Origin: Acaryochloris marina S15
GTDB lineage: Bacteria > Cyanobacteriota > Cyanobacteriia > Thermosynechococcales > Thermosynechococcaceae
NCBI RefSeq assembly: GCF_018336915.1
Contig: NZ_CP064926.1
Coordinates: 90,001 to 122,000, forward strand
Direction: 5' to 3'
Length of the DNA: 32,000 nucleotides
The notes under the pieces were generated by a model, which was given only the letters and a program-made list of their open reading frames with translations, did not search any database and was not told the origin of the DNA. This document shows, piece by piece, positions 1 through 8,903 of the stretch (the stretch's first letter is position 1; every line of letters starts with the position of its first letter). Made by a program: the position numbers and the translations under genes.

Positions 1-213
1 AGGGAAAGTCATAGAGCCAGACAAAATTCAAGCCTTGATTCAGGTTGCATAGACTCTGTGAGGTATCACTATGCATTTTTGGAAAGCGGAATGGAAGCCA
101 CTTTCACTAATTGTGGCTGGTTTTCTGGTGTGCTTCTATCTACCAGTTGAGGCGATTCAGAATTCTGCTCGGTTGAGAAATGCATTTTTTGAAGCCCTGT
201 ATTTGGTCCGTTG

Positions 214-246
214 GGTATGGTTCAACCAAGAGTAACACTTTTGGTT
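214..246. repeat. Left copy of a ~33-bp inverted-repeat pair (partner 825..858) bracketing the first DUF1816 gene
   Basis: ggtatggttcaaccaagagtaacacttttggtt compared with the reverse complement of 825..858 (ggtatggttcaacccaagactatacttttgggtt). The first 14 nt are identical and the whole is roughly 80-85% identical with small indels. Each copy also contains a short internal hairpin. Confidence 0.6.
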
Positions 247-433
247 TTACGCTAGACCGGAAGAGTATTGACAAGAAAGGGATATGGAGTTTTGAACTGC
301 AAGAGAGATGTTCTATTAGCCTTCTGGTACTTGAACCACGGCATCAAAACTGAGAAATCTTCACACAATACTCAGGTTCGACCTCTAGTCTTAATCTTGA
401 GAGTAAAAGATCCCCACTGACTGGAGTATTCAA

Positions 434-772
434 GTGATTAAAAAAATAATCCCAAGTAGCTTCAATACCAGAGCGTCAAAAGCTTCTGATAAGAATGATG
501 GTTTATGTGCTGGCTGGTGGTTAGAGGTTGGCACTGCCAATCCTCCTTGCCTAAATTTCTATGGGCCTTTTGAAGATAAAGCTAAGGCTGAGACCGCAGA
601 ACTAGACTTTGTTAGAAAATCTAGAAAGACATCCCCAATTATTTTCACTGACAGTAAGTTTTGCCAGCCACGACAACGCACACTTACAGAGAAAGACTTC
701 ACCATTCAAGACTTGGAAGCTTGTCCTCCCACCTTTTTTGAAACCTTGCTGACTGGTCCTCGCATTTATTGA
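434..772 (+). CDS. DUF1816-like small protein with an N-terminal extension; start codon uncertain (GTG at 434)
   Basis: The core GWWLEVGTANPPCLNFYGPFEDKAKAETAELDFV matches the pattern I recall for cyanobacterial DUF1816 (WW.E..T..P.C.Y.FGPF....EA). A paralogue lies at 6918..7172. Confidence 0.55.
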   Translation: MIKKIIPSSFNTRASKASDKNDGLCAGWWLEVGTANPPCLNFYGPFEDKAKAETAELDFVRKSRKTSPIIFTDSKFCQPRQRTLTEKDFTIQDLEACPPTFFETLLTGPRIY

Positions 773-824
773 CAATCCGAATCTCTATAGCCCTTGCTTG
801 ATAGTGATTTTAAGGTTTAGATTC

Positions 825-858
825 AACCCAAAAGTATAGTCTTGGGTTGAACCATACC
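825..858. repeat. Right copy of the inverted-repeat pair (partner 214..246); contains a 10-bp-stem hairpin ttcaacccaa/ttgggttgaa
   Basis: Direct comparison with 214..246, plus an internal perfect 10-bp stem (822..831 with 842..851). Confidence 0.6.
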
Positions 859-1159
859 GTTTCGCTCAATGAGTTAGTGTACCGATCAATTTTGTAGAGG
901 ATTAGGATATGACCACTCTGGCTCTCAATGTTTCTACTGTCAGTCCCCTAGGAGACCGCGTCTTTCTGAAAGTGAGTAAAGCTGAAGAGAAGACCGCAGG
1001 TGGAATTTTGATGCCTGACATAGCACGTGAAAAACCTCAAATTGGAGAGGTGGTCAGCGTTGGCCTAGGGAAACGGCAGGACGATGGTTCCAATATACCC
1101 ATGGATATTCAGAAGGGCGACCAAGTCCTTTATTCCAAATTCTCTGGCACTGATATCAA

Positions 1160-2534
1160 GTTAGTGTCTTGATTTATTCGCCATGAGCTGGAATAGCTGA
1201 AATGCTCTGATAATAGAGAATTCGGAGCACTCCTTGATGAACATTTCCCAACGTGAGCAGCAGATTATCCGTATCCAGTCTCAAAGTTCATATGCCTCTA
1301 TTAACAAAGCTTTAGAAGCAACCCTGCGCCTTGAGGCTAACCGAGTTACCCAGATAGCAGTAGAGTCAGCACTAGACGAAGAAGTCCAAGCTTATCTATC
1401 AGAGCTTCAAGGGACTCGCCCTCGACGTTCAGGCTATTATCAGCGGGTTCTTGATACCCAGTACGGCAGGATTGCTCAACTATCTGTCCCGAAACTACGG
1501 AAAGGGAATGCAGACCGAGAGTGGAAGATTCTAGAGCGTTACCAACGAGCCCTCGGTAGCCTTCTAGAGTTTTGCCTGGGCTTGTATGTCATGGGTTTAT
1601 CGCTTCGAGACTTGCAAGAAGCTCTCTATGAGATCCTGGGAGCAGTTTTATCCGTGAATGCCATTAACCGGATTACTCTCAAAGCTCAGAAGCAAATGCT
1701 CCAAAGTCGTCAAACTCGTCTTGAGAAAACCCCTTTTATTCTGATTGTTGATGGAGTGTGGGCGAGTGTTCAATGCGCCTCCGAAGACTTTTGGGAAGAC
1801 CAAGCTGGACATATCCGGAAGCTACGTCGTGCGGAAGACCGAGTCATCTTAGTGGCCATGGCGATATGGCCAGATGGGACACAAACCGTTCTTCATTACG
1901 AAATGGCTGTCCAAGAATCTGAGGCAGCCTGGCTACTGTTCTTTGAGCACCTGCGGCACCGAGGATTGCAAACCCATTTGGTGAAGCTGATTGTCAGTGA
2001 TGGCACCACTGGACTACCTAAGGTAATTCGCGCTCTGTTTCCCCTCGCACAACATCAACGATGCATTACCCACAAGGTTCGAGCGATGCTCCGGCATTTG
2101 GGCTATGAGCAATTGCCACACCTGGATGCTCAAGGACAAGAACTCTCCCACTCTGAAGCAAAGAAGCTGCGATATTCACAAATTAAACACGATGCCTATG
2201 CTATCTATAAAGCGCCAGACTGGGAAGAAGCGATTGTGACGTTGCTCGTGTTTGCACAGAAATGGACAGACCTTGAACCCGATGCTGTTAGAACCTTCAT
2301 CAAAGATTTTGCCCTGACCTTGAGTTTCTATGATTTTGATGAATCCCTTCATTCGCTGATTCGTACTTCCAATGCGCTAGAAAGGCTGTTCCGGAAATTC
2401 CGAACCAAGGCTGACGAAATTGGTGCTTTCCCAAATGAGGAGAGCTGTTTAGCGATTTTCTTTCTCGTCTCTCGTAGGGATCATGCCAAGCATGATCGCC
2501 TCAAAAACCGTGGCGAATAAATAGGGACACTAAC
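1160..2534 (+). mobile_element. IS256-family insertion sequence (1375 bp) with 24-bp imperfect terminal IRs and an 8-bp TSD
   Basis: Left IR gttagtgtcttgatttattcgcca (1160..1183) matches the reverse complement of 2511..2534 (gttagtgtccctatttattcgcca) at 21/24. The direct repeat gatatcaa occurs at 1152..1159 and 2535..2542. It holds a single Mutator/IS256-type transposase ORF. Confidence 0.85.
1237..2520 (+). CDS. IS256-family (Mutator-type) transposase
   Basis: About 427 aa. The layout is typical of IS256: D-rich catalytic core (ILIVDGVWASV, IVSDGTTGL) and a C-terminal motif SNALERLFRKFRTKADEIGAFPNEES. The ATG at 1237 is preferred over the TTG at 1234. Confidence 0.9.
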   Translation: MNISQREQQIIRIQSQSSYASINKALEATLRLEANRVTQIAVESALDEEVQAYLSELQGTRPRRSGYYQRVLDTQYGRIAQLSVPKLRKGNADREWKILERYQRALGSLLEFCLGLYVMGLSLRDLQEALYEILGAVLSVNAINRITLKAQKQMLQSRQTRLEKTPFILIVDGVWASVQCASEDFWEDQAGHIRKLRRAEDRVILVAMAIWPDGTQTVLHYEMAVQESEAAWLLFFEHLRHRGLQTHLVKLIVSDGTTGLPKVIRALFPLAQHQRCITHKVRAMLRHLGYEQLPHLDAQGQELSHSEAKKLRYSQIKHDAYAIYKAPDWEEAIVTLLVFAQKWTDLEPDAVRTFIKDFALTLSFYDFDESLHSLIRTSNALERLFRKFRTKADEIGAFPNEESCLAIFFLVSRRDHAKHDRLKNRGE

Positions 2535-2935
2535 GATATCAAGCTGGGTAATGAAGACTATGTCTTAGTCGGGGAGCAAGATCTACTTGCAGTGATTGGT
2601 TAGAGGGTTAAATCATTAGAGGTGAGCCATAATGGCTAAGTCAATTCTGTATGATATTGATGCCCGTCATGCCTTAGAGCAAGGAATTAACCTACTTGCT
2701 AAAGCTGTTGCAGTGACATTAGGGCCAAGAGGGCGCAATATCGTTCTGGGAAGTGAATTTGGTGTCCCTCAAATTATCAATGATGGCATCACCATTGCTA
2801 AGGGAATTGAACTAGAAAGCCATCTAGCCAATACCGGGGTTTCATTATTACGCCAAGTTGCAGCCAAAACTAATGATGTTGCAGGAGATGGCACTACTAC
2901 AGCAATTGTTTTAAGTCATGCCATGGTCAAAGAAG

Positions 2936-4367
2936 CAGCAATTGTAAATTCAATATTTCATGAGGTATCGGCTGCTATTCGAGGCTCTGGATCATCCAAC
3001 ATAAACTGGAGCAAATGCTCCCAACTCTCAAAGAGCAAGTATTTGGTCAAAGTCTGAATATCGTGAAAAAAGCCTTGTCGGGTTCCCCGTTGCTTTCGCA
3101 TGCGTTGATAAGTGGAGTCCACCAAGTGCAAGACGGTATGAAATAAGAATGCCAACAGGTTGAGTACCAATAGCACAGCAGCAAGGTTCTTCTGACCATG
3201 ACCAAAATTATGTTCTAAGTGATAGCCCTTGGTTTTGAGGACATTGTGTCCTTCATTCTCCGCTTTCCATCGGGCACGTCCAGCACTGACAATCTCGGCC
3301 ACACTTTGGTCATTGATGAAATGGTGAGTAATGAACGCGTTGTGATACATAGTCTTTCCATCAGCAGCACGAGTAACAGAGACTTCGCACCAGTTGACCA
3401 TCACTGCTGGTAGCTCCTCACGCAGGGGGATGCGATTGTAATAGCGATACTGACAAATTTCATGATAGCGACCGTTCCAGCCCCGAGTCTCTAGATGCTC
3501 AACATCTCCAATACCTTCTAAATACTCTACCCATTCATATAGCTCTGGATGGGAGGAGGGCAAACAGACAAAAATGAAGTTCAACTCATCCTCTAAACAA
3601 GTCTCCACCATCGGTTGACGGCTATAGAGGTCATCGCCAAGAACCGTAATCTTGGCTCCGTCAAACCCTTGAGCATGCCCCTTGATCCACCGTTTGGCCG
3701 CAGCGGTTTCACTATCCTGTTTCTCCGCACCATCTTGAGGACGAATGAACTCTGGGGCCAGAGAAATGACATGTTCAATTTCCGGACAAACGAGGACGGG
3801 CAACACGGCGGTGTGCGTATAGGTGACACTCCCATCCCGATGGGTTTTGGTAGAACACTGATCGCAACAAATCCGGTTTGAGGAAAAATACTCGCTGCCG
3901 TCTAGCCCTACCAACAGGTGTCCACCTAGAACCTTATATTGCTCTAGATAACCTCGTCGTAGGAGAACGCTATAAATTTGATAAAAAATGGGAAACAGAA
4001 GACGAAATGCGATCAAGTCCAAAACATTCTTGATTTGGTTGCTCGTGGGGAGTTCTGTTAACTCAAAGAGGGCTTGGGCGTTGTCACGACCATGACGACT
4101 ATGAACATGGCGTTGGTACTCCAGAAACGAAGGACATTGCATAAAGAAGACAGCAAATGCGCCTAATACAATATCTTTGAGACTAAATTTGGTGCCATTA
4201 CTGGGTTGACGTGGATCATCGAGGTGCTCAATGAGCTGATGTAGCCAGTGCAGTAAGAGAGGGAAATTTAGAACACCTTCATTCATCGTCTGGGGCTCTG
4301 CAAGTGTATGAATACATCCTCAACGACTACAACCTAGCTTGCCAAAATTTTGAATTTACAATTGCTG
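2936..4367 (-). mobile_element. IS4-superfamily insertion sequence (1432 bp) with 18-bp perfect terminal IRs and a 9-bp TSD
   Basis: cagcaattgtaaattcaa at 2936..2953 equals the reverse complement of 4350..4367. The direct repeat tcaaagaag occurs at 2927..2935 and 4368..4376. Confidence 0.8.
2958..4286 (-). CDS. DDE transposase, IS4 superfamily (subfamily not assignable by eye; possibly ISNCY-like)
   Basis: 442 aa. Candidate DDE residues lie in [20 protein letters not shown] and [26 protein letters not shown]. The ORF fills the IR-bounded element. Confidence 0.8.
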   Translation of the reverse strand: MNEGVLNFPLLLHWLHQLIEHLDDPRQPSNGTKFSLKDIVLGAFAVFFMQCPSFLEYQRHVHSRHGRDNAQALFELTELPTSNQIKNVLDLIAFRLLFPIFYQIYSVLLRRGYLEQYKVLGGHLLVGLDGSEYFSSNRICCDQCSTKTHRDGSVTYTHTAVLPVLVCPEIEHVISLAPEFIRPQDGAEKQDSETAAAKRWIKGHAQGFDGAKITVLGDDLYSRQPMVETCLEDELNFIFVCLPSSHPELYEWVEYLEGIGDVEHLETRGWNGRYHEICQYRYYNRIPLREELPAVMVNWCEVSVTRAADGKTMYHNAFITHHFINDQSVAEIVSAGRARWKAENEGHNVLKTKGYHLEHNFGHGQKNLAAVLLVLNLLAFLFHTVLHLVDSTYQRMRKQRGTRQGFFHDIQTLTKYLLFESWEHLLQFMLDDPEPRIAADTS

Positions 4368-5760
4368 TCAAAGAAGGGTTGCGGAATGTTACCGCTGGTG
4401 CCAATCCGATCTCAATCCGGCGAGGTATCGATAAAGCCACTCATTTTATGTTGGGTCAGATCGCAGAGCATGCTCTACCCGTGCAAAATTCCACCGCTAT
4501 CACGCAAGTAGCAACCATTGCAGCAGGAAACGACGAAACCGTTGGTCAAATGATTGCAGAAGCGATGGCCAAAGTGGGTCAGAAAGGGGTAATTACCTTA
4601 AAAGAAGGTAAGTCGATGCATACCGAAATCGAAATTACTGAGGGAATGCAGTTTGATAAGGGCTATATCTCACCCCACTTTGTCACGGATGCCGAACGAA
4701 TGGAGGTCATCCTTGAGGATATCTACATTCTACTAGCAGATAAAAAGATCACGTTGGCCCAAGAGCTACTTCCGATTCTGGAGAAAGTCTCTCAGACGGG
4801 CAAACCCTTCTTAATCATTGCAGAAGACATCGAAAAGGCAGCCCTAGCAACACTTGTTCTTAATCGGCTGCGGGGGGTTATCAATGTATCTGCAGTCAAG
4901 TCTCCTGGATTCGGAGATCGCCGCAACGATCTATTGGCTGATATGGCAGTGTTAACCGGAGGCCAGGTAATCAGCGAAGATGTAGGTCTGACGCTAGAAA
5001 ACACTACGTTGGAGATGTTGGGGCAGGCACGACGGGTAACGATCACAAAAGATAATACTACCCTCGTTGCCGAAGGGAATGAGGGTAGTATTGAAGCCCG
5101 GTGTGAACAGATTCATCGTCAGATCGAGGAAACAGAAGCAACCTTTGAAAAAGAGAAACTGCAAGAGCGTCTAGCGAAACTCACTGGGGGAGTAGCTGTA
5201 CTCAAGGTCGGAGCTGCTACAGAAACAGAGATGAAGGATCGTAAGTTGAAATTGGAAGATGCGATTAACGCTACCAAGGCGGCGGTTGAGGAAGGGATTG
5301 TACCAGGTGGGGGGACAACTCTAGCCCATCTCGTACCCCAACTAGAGGAATGGTCTGCTGAGCATTTAGTTGGAGATGAACTCATTGGGGCAATGATTGT
5401 AACTCGTTCTCTCTCAGCTCCCCTAAGGCAGATTGTGGAGAATGCGGGTCGAAATGGCTCGGTGATTGCAGAACGTATCAAGGATCTGGCCTTCAATACT
5501 GGCTATGACGCTATAGCAGGCGAGTTTGTAGATATGTTTGCAGCGGGGATTGTAGATCCCGCTAAGGTGACTCGTGCTGCGTTGCGAAATGCAGCTTCAA
5601 TTGCCGGGATGGTACTGACAACTGAGTGCATCATAGCGGAGCAACCTGAGCCAAAAACAAAAGACTTGGCACATACAGGTGGAGAAGATGGAAGCTTTGG
5701 TATGTAATCCTCGTCCACGATGGACTTGACGCATGCTTGAGATATGGAAGGTTGGATATT

Positions 5761-6642
5761 CTACTGTACCTTCATTTCCTGGCCTGCTGACATCTCTAAC
5801 AGTTGAGGGATAGTGACGAGTTGATATCCTTGCTGCCTCAATTGGGTGATGATTTGAGGAAGGGCTTTAATGGTCAACTCCCGATCGCCACCGCCGTCAT
5901 GCATCAATATGATCCCACCTGATGTAGCGTTCTGGAGTATATTTTGCACGGCTTCATCAACCGTCCCATGATAGATATCATCTACACTCCACAAAATAGT
6001 GACTTGCTGTTGAGCCTGAGCTTCGGCTACTAAACCATTGTTGAGAAAACCACCGGGTGGGCGGAAGAGAGATGTTTTGACCCCGGTGTACTTTTCAATC
6101 GCTTTTGCTGTCCGCTGAATCTCACGCTGGGCTAATGCAGGACTGTGGTTGTGGTAGCCATGACTCCAGGTATGATTACCAATAGCATGACCCTCTAACG
6201 CGACTCGTTGGAGTAAGTCTGAGTATTGAGGAATATTGCTACCTAAGACAAAAAACGTCGCTTGGACATTATATTCTTGAAGAATATCTAACACTTTGGA
6301 TGTTGTTTTTGGCCAAGGTCCATCATCAAAGGTGAGTGCGATCGCTTTTTGATGCGGTTGAAGTGTCACCCTATTGATCGTTCGACCTTGAAACTGTTCA
6401 GGGAATTGATAAGAATGACGTTGTTTGAGATCGATTGAAGGTTGACCAGACTCAGATTTGGTCTGTACTAGGGGCGAATTAGCATTCTCTGCACTGACAT
6501 TCTGGGAAAAATCAGTCACAAAAAATTGACTCGGATTAGTCTGGACAACAAGTGAGATAGTGATGCCCAAAAATAACCCTGCCACTACCAACCATGAATA
6601 CTGTTGACTGGTAAAACGACTGCTTAATTTTTCCTGTAGCAT
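5761..6642 (-). CDS. Polysaccharide deacetylase (NodB homology domain) with an N-terminal membrane anchor
   Basis: NodB motifs LTFDDGPWP, GNHTWSH and LFRPPGG. The N-terminal hydrophobic helix is WLVVAGLFLGITISLVV. Confidence 0.85.
   Translation of the reverse strand: MLQEKLSSRFTSQQYSWLVVAGLFLGITISLVVQTNPSQFFVTDFSQNVSAENANSPLVQTKSESGQPSIDLKQRHSYQFPEQFQGRTINRVTLQPHQKAIALTFDDGPWPKTTSKVLDILQEYNVQATFFVLGSNIPQYSDLLQRVALEGHAIGNHTWSHGYHNHSPALAQREIQRTAKAIEKYTGVKTSLFRPPGGFLNNGLVAEAQAQQQVTILWSVDDIYHGTVDEAVQNILQNATSGGIILMHDGGGDRELTIKALPQIITQLRQQGYQLVTIPQLLEMSAGQEMKVQ
6338..6345. repeat. HIP1 octamer GCGATCGC
   Basis: Exact match; a cyanobacterial highly iterated palindrome. Confidence 0.9.
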
Positions 6643-6917
6643 TACTTGCTCAACTAAAAACCCTTAAATAAGCTCATCAGACTGAACCGGAAAAGCAGAA
6701 AGTCAAAGTTCAATGTGCCTGGTCTTTCATTTAGAATTCAATGATTCTGAAAATCAGCTTACCGATGATTTTTGTTTTACTTGCATCAATATGAAAAGTA
6801 ATGGCCAACTCAACCCCTCCTTTGTATCCCCCAAAAACTTCCGGTTCATCCGCAGATTATCGAGTACCTTAATAAAGATCTTGAAGTCCAGATACTCCAG
6901 GATTTTGGGCAGGGTCA

Positions 6918-7172
6918 CTACGAGAACTCTTTCTCATGACAGTTGGTCAAATGGGTTGGGTGACAACGTTGAATATGAGTGACTATATTCTGAGCATGTT
7001 CAGATTCTAAATCCTCAACATATCCAAGCAAAGCCACTGCTGCTTCTTGATAACTTAGAAATGGGCCAAAAAAGTACGTGCATATCGGGGATAGCGTTTT
7101 GACCTCAACCCACCAGGCTAAACCCAAGTGATTTATGAGTTCAGCCATGTAAATCAATAAAGCATTCATCAT
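6918..7172 (-). CDS. DUF1816-like small protein
   Basis: GLAWWVEVKTLSPICTYFFGPFLSYQEAAVALLGYVEDLESEHAQNIVTHIQRCHPTHLT fits the DUF1816 pattern as I recall it. It is a paralogue of 434..772. Confidence 0.6.
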   Translation of the reverse strand: MMNALLIYMAELINHLGLAWWVEVKTLSPICTYFFGPFLSYQEAAVALLGYVEDLESEHAQNIVTHIQRCHPTHLTNCHEKEFS

Positions 7173-7184
7173 ACTTCTGAAGTT

Positions 7185-7222
7185 GTAATTTACAAATTAC
7201 TTTTGAACATTCATTTGTAAAT
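7185..7222. promoter_or_regulatory. Palindromic ATTTACAAAT-type motif cluster immediately upstream of the DUF1816 gene; possible operator
   Basis: gtaatttacaaattac (7185..7200) is a 7+2+7 palindrome, and atttgtaaat (7213..7222) is the reverse complement of its half-site atttacaaat. The cluster starts 13 nt upstream of the start codon at 7172. Confidence 0.25.
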
Positions 7223-7401
7223 ACTAGAAGAAAAACTTGAGAACACTGTGAAGTTCCAAGGGGCGCTTTCGGGGGATGTTGGAGGGTATGCCTCAGGAAA
7301 AAGAGACGGGATCATTATCCCGTCCCTTTTCAAAAAAAGTACATTGACTTTACCTTACATAGAGACGCTATATCCAGACCAAGCAGAATGGTCCCTAGTG
7401 G

Positions 7402-7606
7402 TCATAAGTCGGTGTAAAGATCTAGCTTCGTCATAAGAACGATAAGCCAAGAGCTTCGTGTTAGCGTTACCCTTTGCTGGCATCAGGATACAGGTATTGG
7501 GAAGTGTGTGAAATGAACACGCCGATACTAGAACACTTCCTAACTAGGAGCCTGAATCGATTAAGGAAGCTGTTTGAGACAGACTGATCTTTACACCGAC
7601 TTATGA
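7402..7606. repeat. Foldback, MITE-like element: perfect 21-bp terminal inverted repeats around a 163-bp core
   Basis: tcataagtcggtgtaaagatc (7402..7422) is the exact reverse complement of gatctttacaccgacttatga (7586..7606). An internal 8-bp stem pairs ggaagtgt (7500..7507) with acacttcc (7533..7540). Confidence 0.65.
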
Positions 7607-7962
7607 ACTTTTCTTGTCAATTGTGTCTTTAATTCGATGATCTGTTGGCTCAGCTCAGCTAGCTGGGCCTGATTTCTTGTCTCTTCAATCAAAGAGCCAG
7701 TTTTCTCGCTGCTAGCCTCTACCTCTCCTGTTGGAGTGTCAATAGCCCCATCCGTTGACTGTTCCAAAGTAGCTTGATCACCGTCTTTATGCTGAGGTGG
7801 CTCCTCAGTCTCACTAACTTGCTCAATTCCTGACTCAGCCTTTTCATTGATGACTTTTTCATCGAGTTTCTCATCCATATCTGTGGAAGAAAGAGTGTCG
7901 GCTATTTGAACCTCTTCGCTTATGTTGACGTGGTCGTTCATAGATCTTGATTCTCCATACAT
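7591..7962 (-). CDS. Hypothetical acidic protein (123 aa) with a C-terminal coiled-coil-like segment
   Basis: ORF only. The composition is strongly acidic (E/D/S/T-rich), with QAQLAELSQQIIELKTQL at the C-terminus. The last codons overlap the right arm of the 7402..7606 foldback. No recognisable family. Confidence 0.35.
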   Translation of the reverse strand: MYGESRSMNDHVNISEEVQIADTLSSTDMDEKLDEKVINEKAESGIEQVSETEEPPQHKDGDQATLEQSTDGAIDTPTGEVEASSEKTGSLIEETRNQAQLAELSQQIIELKTQLTRKVHKSV

Positions 7963-8043
7963 TCGAGATTTTTGCAGATGTTGTTCATATGAACTTACTT
8001 AGGAGCATGAGAGGTCTTTTAGCTCTTCAGGACTTACAGTAAC

Positions 8044-8150
8044 GGAAGCGTAACAGATCCCTAGTCTATGCTGAGTAATTATCTATTTTCTGGCAAATTC
8101 CTGTAATTTTTTGACTGAATGATCTTAGGCTAGGGATCTGTTACGCTTCC
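8044..8150. repeat. Small foldback, MITE-like element: perfect 21-bp inverted repeats around a 65-bp core
   Basis: ggaagcgtaacagatccctag (8044..8064) is the exact reverse complement of ctagggatctgttacgcttcc (8130..8150). The Rpn-like reading frame enters the right arm and terminates inside the element. Confidence 0.6.
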
Positions 8151-8674
8151 TCTGCATCTTGGCCATCAAAGCAGAAGCCACTGGATTATTCTGTCTCAAG
8201 TAGTCCCGCCAATTCAATCGATTGAGTTGAATAGCTTGGAAATTGAACTGCAAGACCTGGAAGTCGGGAAAATCAACTTTGTAGCTACTTTCCGCTGCTT
8301 TACGAGGGCTGTCATAAGAGAATATAACTACTGGATAAATGGGCAGATCATGCTTCTCATGCAATCGTCCAAAGTAGTAGAACATTCGTTTCTCAAAGTC
8401 AGGCTGATCAGACGATTGCGGTTCGATGTGAAAGAGGAAATAGCTCTCCTGACCTCGAAACTGGATTTGAGCCAGAAGATCAATAATGCGCTTCTCTTCT
8501 AGCGCCAATACTGCTGTAGACCTCCTAGGACAAAAATATCACAGGTCCACGTTCAACATAGTCCAAGACTTGAGGCAAAAACAATTCTAGGAATTCCCAA
8601 AAGAACGTTTCAATCAGTTCTTTAAACAAACCATCGTGGTCAATGGACCCTTGCTGTGTCACCCGCTTCTCCAT
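8125..8674 (-). pseudogene. Rpn/YhgA-like PD-(D/E)XK putative transposase/nuclease, degraded (in-frame TAG, frameshift, truncated 3' end)
   Basis: Reading from the ATG at 8674 gives MEKRVTQQGSIDHDGLFKELIETFFWEFLELFLPQVLDYVERGPVIFLS, then TAG at codon 50 (8527..8525). Homology continues in another frame from about 8508: EEKRIIDLLAQIQFRGQESYFLFHIEPQSS...PIYPVVIF...NWRDYLRQNNPVASALMAKM. Confidence 0.6.
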
Positions 8675-8903
8675 CTATCACATTCGATTAGCTGCTTGAG
8701 TGTATCACCGAGTTTCTTCTCAATAAATTTGAGTCAAGCGGCCTACAGATCTGACAAAAGACCAGCCCGACCAAGACCACCAGCGAACACCAGCGAACAC
8801 CAGAATCTCCAAAGTCAATCGGGGAAAGAATTCTAGAGACGAGCCTAGGGTAGTCATTTTTTGCCGGGTAGTCGGGGGGCAGCGAAGCCCCCAAACCCCC
8901 TCA

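Larger units (their letters stand above)
909..2603 (+). pseudogene. groES: groES (co-chaperonin GroES/Cpn10) interrupted by an IS256-family element
   Basis: 909..1159 encodes the GroES N-terminal part ([27 protein letters not shown]...[10 protein letters not shown]). The frame resumes at 2543..2603 (LGNEDYVLVGEQDLLAVIG*). Joining the two gives 312 nt, a 103-aa GroES-length protein. Confidence 0.85.
2632..5707 (+). pseudogene. groEL: groEL (chaperonin GroEL/Cpn60 paralogue) interrupted by an IS4-superfamily element
   Basis: 2632..2935 encodes [38 protein letters not shown]...[16 protein letters not shown]. 4377..5707 continues [21 protein letters not shown]...[12 protein letters not shown]...[24 protein letters not shown]. 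Joined length is 1635 nt, or 544 aa. The C-terminus is GGEDGSFGM, not a GGM-repeat tail. Confidence 0.9.

Noticed and set aside
1-51. Possible 3' end of an upstream gene (..GKVIEPDKIQALIQVA*)
   Set aside because: Only 16 codons are visible, which is too short to support a call.
773-908. CIRCE heat-shock operator upstream of groES
   Set aside because: I looked for TTAGCACTC-N9-GAGTGCTAA and found only weak partial resemblance (ttagtgtaccgatcaatt). It is not reported as a feature.
3219-3881. Three short ORFs (3219..3413 on +, 3593..3835 on -, 3615..3881 on +) inside the IS4-superfamily element
   Set aside because: All overlap the 442-aa transposase gene in other frames or on the other strand, and none has a recognisable motif.
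4304-4376. The apparent start of the second GroEL ORF at 4304 ([24 protein letters not shown])
   Set aside because: These codons are read from the IS terminal repeat and the TSD. Real GroEL sequence resumes at 4377 in frame with 2632..2935.
4792-5718. Antisense ORFs 4792..5046, 5119..5496 and 5503..5718
   Set aside because: They lie opposite the well-conserved groEL frame. They are low-complexity Ala/Ser/Arg-rich shadows typical of antisense reading.
6713-7436. ORFs 6713..6982 (+) and 7248..7436 (+)
   Set aside because: No motif and poor coding character. The first overlaps the DUF1816 gene antisense. The second ends inside the foldback arm. They are treated as non-coding.
8636-8894. ORFs 8636..8836 (+) and 8688..8894 (-), and the tandem cagcgaacac x2 (8781..8800)
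   Set aside because: They lie in the spacer between the intron 3' end and the Rpn-like pseudogene. They are short and low complexity, and the 10-bp duplication is too small to call a repeat array.
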